The position numbers and the translations under genes were made by a program. Below are positions 13,101 to 34,451 of a stretch of 64,000 nt of DNA, piece by piece (the stretch's first letter is position 1; every line of letters begins with the position of its first letter). Source of the stretch: the human T2T-CHM13v2.0 reference genome, Homo sapiens. Below the pieces are notes generated by a model. It had not been told where the DNA came from, ran no database searches, and saw nothing but the letters and a program-made list of their open reading frames with translations. The DNA is taken from assembly GCF_009914755.1 (NCBI RefSeq), contig NC_060936.1. One strand, written 5' to 3'.

Positions 13101-13193
13101 TCCTGCTGGGGTTACAATTGGGGTTGATATGAATTTGTAGATAAATTTGGGGAAAATTGACATCTTAATGTTGAGTCTTATAATTCATGAATA

Positions 13194-13899
13194 TGAAACC
13201 ACCTTTGCAGAACTATAAGTAATGAGAGAAGTCTAATATGGTTGACTCCATCTTGCTTCCAACCTCTCAAGTTAAATTGTTTTTTTGTCCATTCTAATGT
13301 GGGGGCCAAGATAACTATAAGAGGAATTTAGTTTACAGTTAAAACCACATTCATAAAACAAAGTTAAAATTATGGTAGGGGCTTGAACTTTGCTGAAGAA
13401 TAGACATAGTTGAACAATGACCCGCCATTGCTTAGCTTGTTTTTGTTATATAAGTTGCTTACTGCCCCAGAGTCTTGTATCTGGGGTGGCAAGATTTAGA
13501 GCTTCTCCAACTTCTCCTGTAGGTAATATTACTATTGTAAAACCTGAAGAACTGGTCTTTGAGACATTTTTCAGATTTAGCATTTCAGGAGACCAAGAGA
13601 TGCCACTTCGTCCTGAGACCGCTTCCCAGGAAATGACTTGGCTGTGTGAATATGGTTTTAGACACCCCTGCAATTTCATCCCCAGCCAATCCGTTGTTTC
13701 AGTTCTCCAGCCCCCTGCCTGCCAAAGTAGTAGTTAAAAAACTCTAGCCTCTGAACTCTTGGGGGGATGAGTTTGAAAAGTGTCTGTCGTTCTCCTCACT
13801 TGGCTGGCCCTGCAATTATTAAACTCTTTGCTGCAACACCTGCTGTTCTCATTGTTTTTTTCAGGGCAGCAGGCAAGAAGAACCCCTCGGGCTATGACA
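13194..13899 (+). mobile_element. ERV1 solo LTR, LTR8 family
   Basis: Starts TGAAACCACCTTTGCA...GACTCCATCTTGCTTC, ends ...GACA; perfect 4-bp TSD AATA. Confidence 0.8.
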
Positions 13900-14809
13900 A
13901 ATAGGGTACAACTCTATTTATGTAGGCCTTAATTTTTTTCAGCAATGTTTTACAGTTTTCAGTGTAGAGGACTTACGTGTCTTTCGTTACATTTGTCCTG
14001 AAGTGCTTTATTTTTTGATGCTTTTATAACTGAAGTTATTGTGAAAGATTTATTTTGTGAATGTTTACTGGTAGTATGTAGAAACACAATTGGTTTTTGT
14101 ATTTGTAACTGTATTCTGTTAGTTTGCCACTTATTTTGGCAGTTGCTTTTTAGATTTGTTAGGATTTTATATTTAGACAATGAGTTTGTCTGCTAGTTTA
14201 ATATCTATTTTCAGACTTCTGGATTCTGTTCATGATGGTATAACTGGGACTGGATTTATTCTTCTATCTTAAACAACTGGCAAACTGGGAAAATATATGG
14301 AACAATGGCTTCCTGATATTGGACAACAGGTAACACAAGACAGTGATTCCTGAGAGGAGGGGAATAAGTTAGGCGAGCCCCACAATTCCCCCTGCTTAAT
14401 GCATGGAGAGACTATCCAAGGTGCAGTGCAGGAAGGGGGAACCCAGACAGAGCCTGCCAGTTTCACTGAGCTTCAGAGGGAGAGAGTGTGGAGTTTGAGA
14501 AGACTAAGGCAAAGACTAAGATTTGTGGGTCAGAGTACCAGAGAAAAGAGAGATGCGCAAAGAGTGAGCTCTAGATAACTACAGAGGAATCCTCTCAAGC
14601 CTTTGGTTGAGTTCTGAGCTGAACCACTTCAAAGTAGTAGGCAGAACAACTCTTAGATCTCACACAGTGCTAGGAATAGTGTTTTCACCTGCCAGAGTGG
14701 AAAGATGTTCTTAATATATGGGATTTTCAGTAAAGTTCTGAGAAGACTTTTGACTCACTAGCGCATTCAAATTAGTTCTAGACTTACATAAAGCCCTGAT
14801 AAAGCTTTA

Positions 14810-15510
14810 ATATGGTGGGAAGCATGGATCCATGGATTGTTCACATTTTTGCATGTCTTTCAAGCAGAGGCCCTAACTGACCTTTTGTTCCAGACTATCT
14901 TTTCAAGAATATCTGAATAGTGAACAGCCTTAGAATACAGAAATAGTGTCTCCTTCTGGGGCCAAGGGCAGATTTGTTTATTGTCCAGTATAATAAAGGT
15001 CATGTATCCTTTTGGGACAAAATATAGTACTGCTTGTAGCACATTATAAAAATTCAGATTCCTTAAGCTCAAGGGAGATTCCCTAAGGTCTCCTCTCATT
15101 TGACCCACTCAATGTTTTCTGGTAGTTAGGTTATTTGAGGGGACGAGGTGTAGGAGATGGCAAAGAAGAGGAGAAAAAGAAAATTTCTACCCTGATTATC
15201 AAAGATACCAAGAGTGTCATCTCCTTTAATCCCTGTACCAACTCAGCAAGTTAGGTTTCATTTTACATAAGGAAACTGAGGTTCACAGACATTAAACTGC
15301 TCAAGCTGTGATGTAGACCCACTGGTTGCACAGCATCCATCTGGCCTTTTCCATATTGCTGCTTTGAGACTTGGGAGGCAAGAAAAACCAATGCAAACAG
15401 GAATCTCATGTTGCTTGCTACACTGTAAATAGTAATGTCCTTTGCCTTTGAGCCAGGAGTTTTGTGTCTTTAGCTAATATTTGTGAAACTTGGCAGGTTA
15501 ATGTGTTTGC
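14810..15510 (+). mobile_element. MER77-like LTR (interrupted at ~15085-15300)
   Basis: GACTATCTTTTCAAGAATATCTGAATAGTGAACAGCCTTAG...ATAGTGTCTCC resembles the recalled MER77 consensus. Confidence 0.55.
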
Positions 15511-15585
15511 TCAGAAGTAGCATAAAATCTCTGATTCTTCACAGTTCTAGATAAAAAACAGGCCTCAAAAGGATCAAACTGATAA

Positions 15586-15927
<342 letters not shown>

Positions 15928-16019
15928 ATGGCAGCGATTTTTAAAAGAACACAACAATATCTGGCACTCTGTAGCATACAATTCACAATGTCTGGCATCC
16001 AGGTAAAAATTGCCACACA

Positions 16020-16301
16020 AGCCAGGTGTGGTGGCTGTCGTCTGTAATCCCAGCGCATTGAGTGTCCAAAGTGGGAGGATCACATGAGGCCAAGAGTTTG
16101 AGACCAACCTGGATAACATAGGAAGACCTCATCTCTACAAAAAATTTAAAAATTAGCCAGGCATGGTGGTACGCACCTGTAGTCCCAGCTACACAGGAGG
16201 CTGAGGTGGGAGAATTGTTTAAGGCCAGGAGGTGGAGGTTATAGTGAGCTATGATCCTGCCACTGCACTCCAGCCTATGCAACAGAGTGAGACCCCGTCT
16301 C
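16020..16301 (+). mobile_element. Alu (AluJ)
   Basis: Full Alu body, tail lost. Confidence 0.9.
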
Positions 16302-16646
16302 TTGCCAGGCTTGCTAAGAAGGAGGTAAATGTGATCTATAACAAGGAGAAAAAAAATTAATAGAAAGAGACCCAGAAATCACAAAGCTGATAGAATTATC
16401 AGCAAGGATGATAAATCAGGTTTTATAAATACACTCCATATGTTCAGAGAATAGAGGAAAATTGAACATGGTGAAGAGAAAAATGGAAGATATTCAAATA
16501 ATATCTTCTAGAAATGAGAAGTGTAATATCTGAAATGATAAGATGAATATATGATGGATGGGATCAACAATGATTAGAAACTGCTGAAGGAAAGATTAGC
16601 TGACTTGAAAACGTATTATCAGAAAATATCCAAAATAAATACATGG

Positions 16647-17030
<384 letters not shown>

Positions 17031-17486
17031 TCAGAGCTTCAGTGACCTGTGGTACTACGTCAGTCAATCTAACATGTATAATTAGGGTTTCAGAAAGAGG
17101 ACAAATTTGGCCCAAATTTTTCCAAATGAGATAAAAACTAAAAACTCATAGATCAAAGATGCTCAATAGATTTTAGGCAGAAGAAACATGAAAAATTATA
17201 TATACTGAGCTACATTATTAAGCTGCTGAAAGTCAATGATAAAGAGAACATGTTAAAAGCAGCCAGAGAAAAAATATATAATGGCATAGTTTCTTTGCAT
17301 CAGAAACTATGCAAGCTGGAAAAAGTTAAATATATTTAAAACACTGGGGTGAGTATGGAAAACCCTGTCAACCTAGAGTTCTATGCATTCAAAAATACCT
17401 TTCAGAAATGAAGGCAAACTCAATTTTTTTAACATGAACACATGCTGAGAGAATTCATTGCAAACAGGCCACTAAAAGATATATTA

Positions 17487-21580
<4,094 letters not shown>

Positions 21581-21648
21581 AATGTTAAATATGTGTATAA
21601 GTGTAAAAGACACCTGTTTTAATTTTTAAAGATATCTCTAAAAAATTA

Positions 21649-21951
<303 letters not shown>

Positions 21952-23221
21952 AAATGAGGAAAAATAATAATTTATTTTGGAATTTATAACAATAGAAGTA
22001 AAATGTATGAAAACGGCCAGGGAAAGGGAGATGGGTATACTATTGTAAAGTTCACTTCATATACATGAAGTAGTATAGTATTATTTGAAAGCAGAATGTG
22101 ACTAAAGATGTGCAATGGAGAACCTAGAGCAATCATAACAGAAAGAAAAGAAGGAAGGAAGGGAGAAAAGAAAGAAAGAAAAATTAAGGAAAGGGAAGGA
22201 AGGAGGAGGGAGGGAATAAATCAAGAAAGGGAAAGATAAATAATAAGCAATAATAAAGTAGAATCATGAAAGACATTCGGTTTAAAAAAGAAAATGAACA
22301 GAAAATAAATAGAACATACAGAAGATAAATGCAAAGTAGTAGATATAAACTCAAGTAAAATGATAATCACATTATCTAAATGGCCAAAATTCTCCAATTA
22401 AAACGGGTCGTCAGATTAGATTTTTAAAAAAGGTCCAAGTGTATGCTATCTAAAACAAAAAAAAACCACACTGAAATAATAGAAAAATCTATACCATACA
22501 AAGAGAGTTGGAGTGCCTATCTTAATCAGACAAAGTAGATTTCAGAACAAGAAATATTACTAAGCCTTGCTCTAAAATAGAGTGACAATTTTATAAGGGA
22601 TAAGGGGTGATAATTTTATAAGGATAAAAGGGTCAGATAATCAGGAGAACATGTGTTTGCACCTAATAACATAGCTTCAAAATACATAAAGCAAAATCTA
22701 AGAGAACTTGAGAGGAAAAGACAGGTCCATAATTATAGTTGGAGGTTTTAACACCCCCACCCCACGTAATTAACAGAAAATCTGTGGTGGTATAGGAGCC
22801 TTGAACAGCATATCAGTTAAACTGTTTAATTGACATTAATATAACATTTAGTCCAACAAATGAATAATGTACATTCTTTTCCAGTGCACACAGACTTTTA
22901 CCAAGATAGCACATATTCTGGCCATAAAACAAGTTTTAATACATTTAAAAGGACTGAAATCATGCAAAGTATATTTGACGAAAACAGAATTAAACTAGAC
23001 ATCATTAATAAAACAATACCTGGAAAATCCCCAAATATTTGAAAATTAACAGTTTTTCTATAACCCATGGGTCAAAGAAGAAATAATGAATTAAATTACC
23101 AATATTTTGAATTGAACAAAAATGAAAACATTATCATCATCAAGGGATGCAGCTAAAGCAGTGCTTACAGGGAAATTCATAGCATTAAAATTTTAGCATT
23201 ATGCTAAAATTTATAGCATTA

Positions 23222-23740
23222 TTATTTTTTATTTCCACAGAGTGAAGTTTATCCTCAACAAAGCTCTCCTCTCCCATCTCCAGCCTTGGACAGGGTAGGA
23301 CAGGTAGGGGCTAAGATGTGGCTCCAGTGGTTGAGGGGCCTCTGAGAAACAAGTAAGGGCCCTGGGCTTCCAGGCAAAACCGTGTCTGGCTCCTCCAGCC
23401 AGGCTGAGTCTGCTGTGCCTCCCTGCCCAGGCCTTGGGAAAGAGGAGGGTGCAGTGGCTCCTGGCTAGTTCCACAGTGGAGTGTGAAAATGGTGAGTTGT
23501 TTACATGCAGTGGCCAGTACAGCGTGGTACTCACACCTCTTTCTGGAAGTTGCCATTGGGTGGCTCTGTGGGCTCCCAGGCTGTTGCTCAGTGCAGTCAG
23601 CCGTTCTTGGGAGTTCTGGGGGAAGAGCCCAGTGTCATGGATTTGAGGGCATTCCAGCTCTGAGGTTGCAGGCTTCTCCTTGGCAGTGGGCTGGCTACCG
23701 TAGCAGGTGAAAGTGTGGAACTTCTGGTTGAGCTCTTTTA
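23222..23740 (-). pseudogene. 5'-truncated processed retrocopy of an unidentified mRNA (end of CDS plus 3'UTR)
   Basis: GC-balanced, non-repeat-like block inserted in AT-rich L1M. On the minus strand it ends GAGGATAAACTTCACTCTGTGG plus an A-rich tail (variant polyA hexamer ~15 nt upstream); host L1 resumes on both sides. Confidence 0.6.
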
Positions 23741-24045
23741 TTTTAGTTAAAAAAAAAAGTCTCAAATCAATGATCTAAGCTTTCACATTGAGGAATGAGA
23801 GGAAGAGGAGGAAATTACACTTAAAGTAAGCAAAAGGAAGAATCTAATAAAGAGGCACAAGACATCAATGGAATAGAAAATAGAAAAACAACAGAGAAAA
23901 TGAAGCCAAAATCTAGTTTTTTAAAGTGATCAATAAAATTGATAAAATGTTGACAAAATGACTAGAGGAAAGGCACACATTTCCAATATCAGGAATCAGG
24001 GAGGTAAAATCACTATAGATTCTAAGCCATGAAAAGCATACTAAG

Positions 24046-24357
24046 GGCTGGGCATGGTGGGGCTCATGCCTGTAATCTCAACACTTTGGGAGGCCAAGAC
24101 AGGTGGATTGCTTGAGCCCAGGAGTTTGAGACCAGACTGGGCAACATGGTGAAACCCCATCTCTACAAAAAATACCAAAGTTAGCCAGGTATGGTGGTGC
24201 ATGCCTGTGGTCTCAGCTACTCTGGACGCTGAGGTGGGAGGATTGCCTAAGCCTGGGAGGTTGAGGCTGCAGTGAGCTGTGATTGTGCCATTCTCCACCA
24301 GTCTGGGCTACAGAGGGAGACCTTGTCTCAAAAAACAAAACAAAACAAAGCAAAACA
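24046..24357 (+). mobile_element. Alu (AluJ)
   Basis: Full Alu with (CAAAA)n tail. Confidence 0.9.
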
Positions 24358-24730
24358 ACCACGATAATAAGTGGTCAGTAAAATCTGGCCTGTGTGCCTA
24401 ATCTGGCTTGCCATTTCTTTTGTGAGTAAAGTTTTATTGGAACACACACACAACTATTTACATTGTATCTATGGCTGCTTTTGTACTATAGTGGCAGAAG
24501 TGAGTAGTTGTGGGAGACCACATTGCCAGAAAAGCCTGAAATATTTACTGTGTGGCTTCTTACAGAAAACGTTTGCTGATCCCTGACTTAGATGAAAAGA
24601 ACAAATAAATTGACAGACACTAACTACCAAAGTCACTCAAGGAAACAGATAGCCTGTATATTCCCCTATCCACGGAAAAAATTGAATTTATGGTTAAAGT
24701 TTTCCCACAATGAAAGCTTTGGGCCCAGAT

Positions 24731-24840
24731 GGCTTCACTGGTAAATTCCACTTCTTCCTTTTCATCTTTTATTTATTTACTTTTCGGCTTCACTGGTAAA
24801 TTCCACTTCTTCCTTTTCATCTTTTATTTATTTACTTTTC
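24731..24840. repeat. Perfect 55-bp tandem duplication
   Basis: 24731-24785 is identical to 24786-24840. Confidence 0.95.
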
Positions 24841-25694
24841 TCTAGGATTTCAGTACAGTGTTTCATAGAGTTGCTGAAATAAGACATCCTTGCCTTGTTC
24901 TTAATCTTACTGAGATAACATTCAATATTTCACCTTAAGTGTGTTAGGTTAGTTGTAGGTTTTATGTAGAAGCCATTATCAAATTGAGAAAGTTTCCTTC
25001 TGTTCTTTTGCAGACCTTATTTATTCTGAATGGGTGTTGAATTTTTTTTCATGCTTCTTTCTGCTTCAGTTCACGTGATCTATATCTTTTTTCTGTTTCA
25101 TTATGTTAATATGGCAAAGTACATTGATTGCTTTTAGAATGTTAAACCAACATTGTACATTTCTGGGATAAACTGTACTTTGTCATGATGATTTATTTTA
25201 TATTTTTATAGATATTTTGTTAAAGATTTTCATGTCTATAATCTTGAAGGCGGAGCGTCTGTAATTTTCTTTTCTTGCAATTTTTTGTCAGGTTTGGTAT
25301 CAGAGTCATAATGGCCTCCTAAACCAAATTGGGAGAGTGTACTTACATTTTCTACTTTTTGAAGGAGCATTGTTATTTATTTCTTAAAGTTTAATATAGT
25401 ATGCTATTGAAGTCACCTGAGCACGAAGTTTTCTTTGTGGGTAAGTGTGTATTAACCAATTCTTTTTTTTTTAGTGGTAAAGAGCTATTCAAAAATTTAT
25501 TTCTTTTTGTGTCAGTTTGTTAAATTCTGTTTTTTTTCCATAAATAATTCGTCTACTTAATCTAACTTGTTAAATTTATTGACATAAAGATATAACATTA
25601 CCTTATTATACTTTTAATGTCTTTAAAATCTTTAGCAATATAGCCTCTCCATTCTTGATATTGGTAATTTGTGTTTTTTCTCTTTGTTATTTTA

Positions 25695-26082
25695 GTTTTT
25701 ATTTATTTATTTTTTTTGAGACAGATTCTTGCTCTGTTGCCCAGGCTGGAGTGCAGCAGCTCACTGCAACCCCCCCACCACCCCGCCCACAACCCCCAGG
25801 TTCAAGCGATTCTCCTGCCTCAGCCTCCCAAGTAGCTGGGATTACAGGCGTGTGCTACCACACCTGGCTAATTTTTGTATTTTCAGTAGAGACGGGGTTT
25901 CACCATGTTGGCCAGGCTGGTCTTGAACTCCTGACCTCAAGTGATCCGCCTGCCTCGGCCTCCCAAAGTGCTGGGATTACAGGCCTGAGCCACCTGGGAG
26001 GCTGAAGTTGGAGGATTGCTTGAGGCCAGTAGTTTGAGACCAGCCTGGTTAACATAGTGAGACCTCTGTTTAAAAAGAAAAA
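25695..26082. mobile_element. Antisense AluS fused head-to-head to a sense Alu-monomer fragment
   Basis: Minus Alu up to ~25994 (GAGCCAC), then directly TGGGAGGCTGAAGTTGGAGG...GAGACC on plus. Confidence 0.85.
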
Positions 26083-26332
26083 AGTTTTGTATCAGCTATT
26101 TATATATTTTGGATATTAACCCCTTATCAGATATATGGTTTACAAATATTTTCTCCCATTCTATAGAATGTCTTTTCACTCTGTCGATTGTTTCCTTTGC
26201 AGTGCAGAAGCTTTTTAGTTTAATGAAATACCATTTGTCTATTTTTACTTTTGTTGTCTGTGCTTTTGGTGTTACATCCAAAAACTCATTGCCCAGGCCA
26301 ATGTCAAGAAGATTTCCCCTCTGTTTTCCTAG

Positions 26333-26672
<340 letters not shown>

Positions 26673-27050
26673 AGTCTTTAATCCATTTTAAGTTGAATTT
26701 TTATATGGTGTGAGTTAAGTCCAGTTTCATTCTTCTGCATGTAGATATCTGGTTTTCCCAACACCATTTATTGAAGAAACTATTCTTTGCCTTTTGTATG
26801 CTTTTAGCAACCTTGTCAAAGATCATTTAACTGTAAATACGTGGATTTGTTGTTGTGCTCCCTATTCTCATCCATTGGTTTATATGTCTGTTTTCATGGC
26901 AGTATTATACTATTTTGATTGCTGTAGCTTTCTGATATATCTTGAAATCAGGAAGTGTGATACTTCCAGCTTTTCTCTTCTTGCTCAAGATTACTTTGGC
27001 TATTTGGGGTCTTTTGTGATTCCATATAAATTTAAGGATTATTATTACTA

Positions 27051-27394
<344 letters not shown>

Positions 27395-27449
27395 GAATGC
27401 CATTGGGACTTTGATAAAGATTGCATTTAATCTGTAGATCACTTTGGGT

Positions 27450-27844
27450 GGGCTGTGGTTTGTATGTGTCCCCTCAAATTAATATGTTGAAACTTAATTG
27501 CCAATATGATAGTATTAAGATGTGGGACCTTTAGGAGGTGAATGTGGGAACTTTAGGAGGTGATTGGGTCATGAGGGCTTTGCCCTCATGAATGGAATTC
27601 ATGACCTTATAAAAAGGCTGGAGGAAACCAGGTAGTCGCCTTTTGCCCTTCTGCCTTCTGCCCATATGAGAACAAGTGTTCATTCGCTCTGGTGGGCATA
27701 GCAACAAGGTGCCATCTTGGAACAGAGACTGGGCCTTCATCAGACATTGAACCTGTGCCTTGATCTTGGACTTCCAGAGAATATGACAAATAAAATTACC
27801 CAGTCTTAGGTATTTTGTTATAGAAGCACAAATGGACTAAGACA
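27450..27844 (+). mobile_element. MaLR LTR (MST family)
   Basis: TGTGGTTTGTATGTGTCCCC...AATGGACTAAGACA. Confidence 0.75.
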
Positions 27845-28202
27845 TAGTATGGATATTTTAACAGTAATAATTCTTCCTATCCATGAACATGGGATATCTT
27901 TCCATTTATCTGTGTCTTATTTAATTTCCTTCATTAATGTTTTATAATTCTCAGTGTGTAAGTCTTTCAATTCAACTCTTTGGCTAAATAGAAATAAATT
28001 CTAAGTATTTTATTCTTTTTCTTGCTATTATAAATGGTATTAATTTAAAATTTTCCTTTTCAGATAGTTCATTGTGTATAGAAACATGAATGATTTTTGT
28101 ATGTTGATTTTGTATTCTGCAACTTTACTAGTTCTAATACTTTTTTTGTTGAGTCTTTTAGTTTTCTATATATATAATCATGTCTACTGCAAATAGCTAT
28201 AG

Positions 28203-28671
<469 letters not shown>

Positions 28672-29055
28672 TGTCTCAGTTTTTTCTGTATTGATTGGGA
28701 TGTTAGCTGTGGGCTTCTTTTATATGGTTTTTATTATATTGAGGTACATTCTCTCTACACCCATTTTTTGAGAATGTACATTATGAATGAATGTCAAATT
28801 TTGCTACATGCTTTTTCTGCATCTATTGAGATAATCAAAAGAGTTTTTTCATTATGTTAATGTGGTGTATTACATTCATTGATTTGCTAGTGTTGAATCA
28901 TTCTTACAATCCAGGGATAAATTCCACTTGGTCATGGTGCATGAGCCTTTTAATGTGCTGTTGTTATTTGGTTTACGGGTATTTTATTGAGGATTTTACA
29001 TCTGTTTTTATCAGGGACATTTGTCTGTAGTTTCCTTTTCTTGTGGTATCTTTGA

Positions 29056-29432
<377 letters not shown>

Positions 29433-29754
29433 TAAGAAGATTACTATTAATTTTTCTTTAAATGTTTTGTAAAATTCATCCATGGAACCATCTAGTCCTG
29501 GGTTTTAATTTGTTGGGAGGTTTTTGAATACTGATTTATTCTCCTCATTTATTATTGATATTTTCAGGTTTTCTAGTTATTCTCAATTCAGTTTCAGTTG
29601 GCTTTATGTTTTTAGAAATGTATCCATTTCTTGTAGGTTATCCAATTTGTTGGCATATAATTATTCTTAAGTGCTCCTTATGACCCTTTCTATTTCTGAA
29701 GCATTCATTGTAATGCCTCTTCATTCATTTTTTATTTTATTTGTGTTTTCACTC

Positions 29755-30068
29755 TTTTTTTCTTCTTTCTTTTCTTTTCTTTTTCTTTTGAGACAGGGTC
29801 TTGTTCTGTTGCCTAGGCTGGAGTGCAGTGGTGCGGCCATGGCTCACTGCAGCCTTGACTTCCCAGGCTCAAGTAATTCTCCCATGCCAGCCTCCTGAGT
29901 CGCTGAGACTACAGGCATATACCATCACACTGGCTAATTTTTGTATTTCAGTAGAGACGAGGTTTTGCCATGTTGGCCACACTGGTCTTGAACTCCTGAC
30001 CTCAGGTGATCCGCCCACCTTGGCCTCCTGAAGTGCTGGGATTACACGTGTGAGCCACTGGGCCCAGC
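29755..30068 (-). mobile_element. Alu
   Basis: Full antisense Alu. Confidence 0.9.
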
Positions 30069-30960
30069 TTTTTTTTTCTTAGACTAGCTAAGTGTTTGTT
30101 GATTTTTATCTTTTCAAAAAATAAACTCTTGGTTTTGTCAATTTTCTTCTATTGTTTTCTTTTCTTTATTTGATTTATTTTTGCTCTAATCTTTATTATT
30201 TCCTTCCTTTTGCTACCATTTGGCTTAATTTGTTTTTCTTTTTCTAGTTTTTTGAGGTGTGAAGTTAGATTGTTTATTCGAGATTTTCTTTTTGAATGTA
30301 GATGTTTATTGCTCTAAAGGTTCCTCTTAGTATTGCTTTTACTGCATCCCATAAGTTTTGGTATTTTGTGTTATCATTTTTGTTTGCAGATAGTTTTAAA
30401 ATTTCCATGTGATTTCTTCTTTTACCCAGTGGTTGTTCAAGAATATATTTTTTAGTTTCTATGTAAATGTGGATCTTCTCATTTTATTAGTTATTGATTT
30501 TTATTTCATTCCATTGTAATTGAAAGAGATAGATATTTGGAATGATTTGTATCTTCTTATGTTTGTTACAACTTGTTTTGTGACCTGACATGTGATCTAT
30601 CCTGGAGAATGTTCTCTGTGCTCTTGAAAAGAATATTTTTCTGTTGTTGGGTGAAAATTTCTGTATATATCTGTTGGGTCTATTTGGTCTATCATGTTGT
30701 TCAAATCAGCTGCTTTTTTAATTGATTTTTTGTCCATATGTTCTATTCATTACTGAAAGTGGGGGTAGTGAGGTCTACTAATTTATTGTATTGCTGTCAA
30801 TTTCTCCCTTCAAATCTGTCAATATTTGTTTTATATATTAGATTCTCTGACACTGAGTGCATATGTATTTGTAATTGTTATGTATTCCTATTGAATTGAC
30901 CTTTTTATCAATATAAAATTACCTTTTTTCTTTAGAGGATGTTTTTGACTCAAAGTTTAC

Positions 30961-31257
30961 TTTTTTTTTTGAGACAGAGTTTTGCTCTTGTTGCCCAGGC
31001 TGGAGTGCAATGGCGTGCATTTTGGCTCGCTGCAACCTCCACCTTATGGGTTCAAGTGATTTTCCTGCCTCAGCCTCCTAAGTAGCTGGGATTGTAGACA
31101 TGTACTACCACGCCTGGCTAATTTTTTGTATTTTTTTTAGTAGAAACGGGGTTTCACCATGTTGGTCAGGCTGGTCTTGAACGCCTGACCTCAGATGATC
31201 TACCCGCCTGGGCCTCCCAAAGTGCTGGGATTACAGGCAAGAGCCACTGCACCCATC
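30961..31257 (-). mobile_element. Alu (AluS)
   Basis: TSD CTCAAAGTTTACTTTTTT. Confidence 0.9.
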
Positions 31258-31415
31258 CTCAAAGTTTACTTTTTTTCTCATGTAAGTATAGCCATTTCTG
31301 CTCTCTTTTGGTTACTTTTTGCATGGAATATCTTTTTCTATCCCTTCACTTCAGTCTATGTCTGTTCTTAAGTCTAAAGTGAGTTTCTTGTAGACATTGC
31401 ATCACTAGCTACTGA

Positions 31416-31720
31416 TTTTTTTTTTTTTGAGACGGAGTCTGGCTCTGCCGCCCAGGCTGGAGTGCAGTGGCGTGATCTCGGCTCACTGCAAGCTCCGCCT
31501 CCTGGGTTCTGGCCATATTCCTGCCTCAGCCTCCTGATTAGCTGGGACTACAGGTGCCCACCACCATGCCTGGCTAATTTTTTTTTTTTTTTTTTTTTTT
31601 TGTAGTAGAGACAGGGTTTCACCATGTTAGCCAGGATGGTCTCGATCTCCTGACCTTGTGATCTGCCCGCCTTGGCCTCCCAAAGTGCTGGGATTACAGG
31701 CATGAGCCACCACACCTGGC
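31416..31720 (-). mobile_element. AluY
   Basis: AluY diagnostics; expanded T linker. Confidence 0.88.
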
Positions 31721-31995
31721 CTAGATCTTGAGTTTTAAAATCTAATCAGCCTGTATGCCTTTTGATTGGGGATTTTATTTACATTTAAAGTAACTCTTGG
31801 TAAGTGAGGACTTACTATTGCCATTTTGTTGTTTTTTGTTTTATAGTTCTTTTGTTCTTCTCTTCCTCTCTTGCTGTCTTCCTTTTTTTTATTTGATGGT
31901 TTTTATAGTGAATTGCTTTGATTCTTTTCTGTAACACTTAGTGGTTACTTTGAGTCTTGAATAAAATAACTTGTTGTTAAAATAATCTATTTTGA

Positions 31996-32240
<245 letters not shown>

Positions 32241-32564
32241 ATTAAGAGTTTCATTCTTTTCATAGTGTGCATTGGTTAACAAATCTTTATTTTTTTTAAC
32301 TTTTATGTTAGGATTAAAACTATATGTACCACTATTACAGTGTCATATGATTCTGTGTTTGTCTATATACCTTCACCAGGAGATTTAGGCTTTCACATTG
32401 CTAGTTAGCATACTTCACGTTGCTGTTTAGCATGTTTCAACTTGAAGGACTTCCTTGAGCATCTCTTGTAAGTCAGGTCTAGTGGTGATAAACTCCCTCA
32501 AGTTTTGTTTATCCAGAAAAAAGTAATTTGTCCTTCATTAAAAATTTTTGAAAATGTTATAATT

Positions 32565-33524
<960 letters not shown>

Positions 33525-34013
33525 CTGTCCTTCATTTTTAAAAGATAATTTTTCCAAGTATAGTATTCTTGGTTTGGCTGTTTTCTCTTTCAGTGCTTTG
33601 AATATATCATCCCATCCTCCTGGCATATGAGGTTTCTGCTGAGAAATCTACTGATAGTCTTATATGTGATGAGTCATTTTTATTGTGCTACTTTAAAAAT
33701 TCTCTTTGTCTTACCTTTAACAATTTAATTATAATGTGTCTAGGTGTAGACTTCTTTATGTTTAACCTACTTGGAATCTTTTAGGATTCCTGAATCTGGA
33801 TGTCTATGTTCTTCCCTCAATTTGGATAGTTTTCAATTATTATTTTGTTACATATGTTTTCTGCTTCTTTCTCTATTCTCCTTGTGGGACTTCTATAATG
33901 TGTATATTGGCTTGCACATTCATGTCTCCCAAATCCTGGAGGTTTTCTTTTTCATTCTTTTTTTTTCTCCTCTGACTGGATAATTTCAAATAACCTGTGT
34001 TTGAGGTTGCTGA

Positions 34014-34451
<438 letters not shown>

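Larger units (their letters stand above)
12240..14197 (-). mobile_element. Old L1M ORF2 3' part (antisense), interrupted by FLAM, Alu and LTR8
   Basis: Degenerate antisense L1 ORF2 motifs; the sequence resumes at ~24751. Confidence 0.7.
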
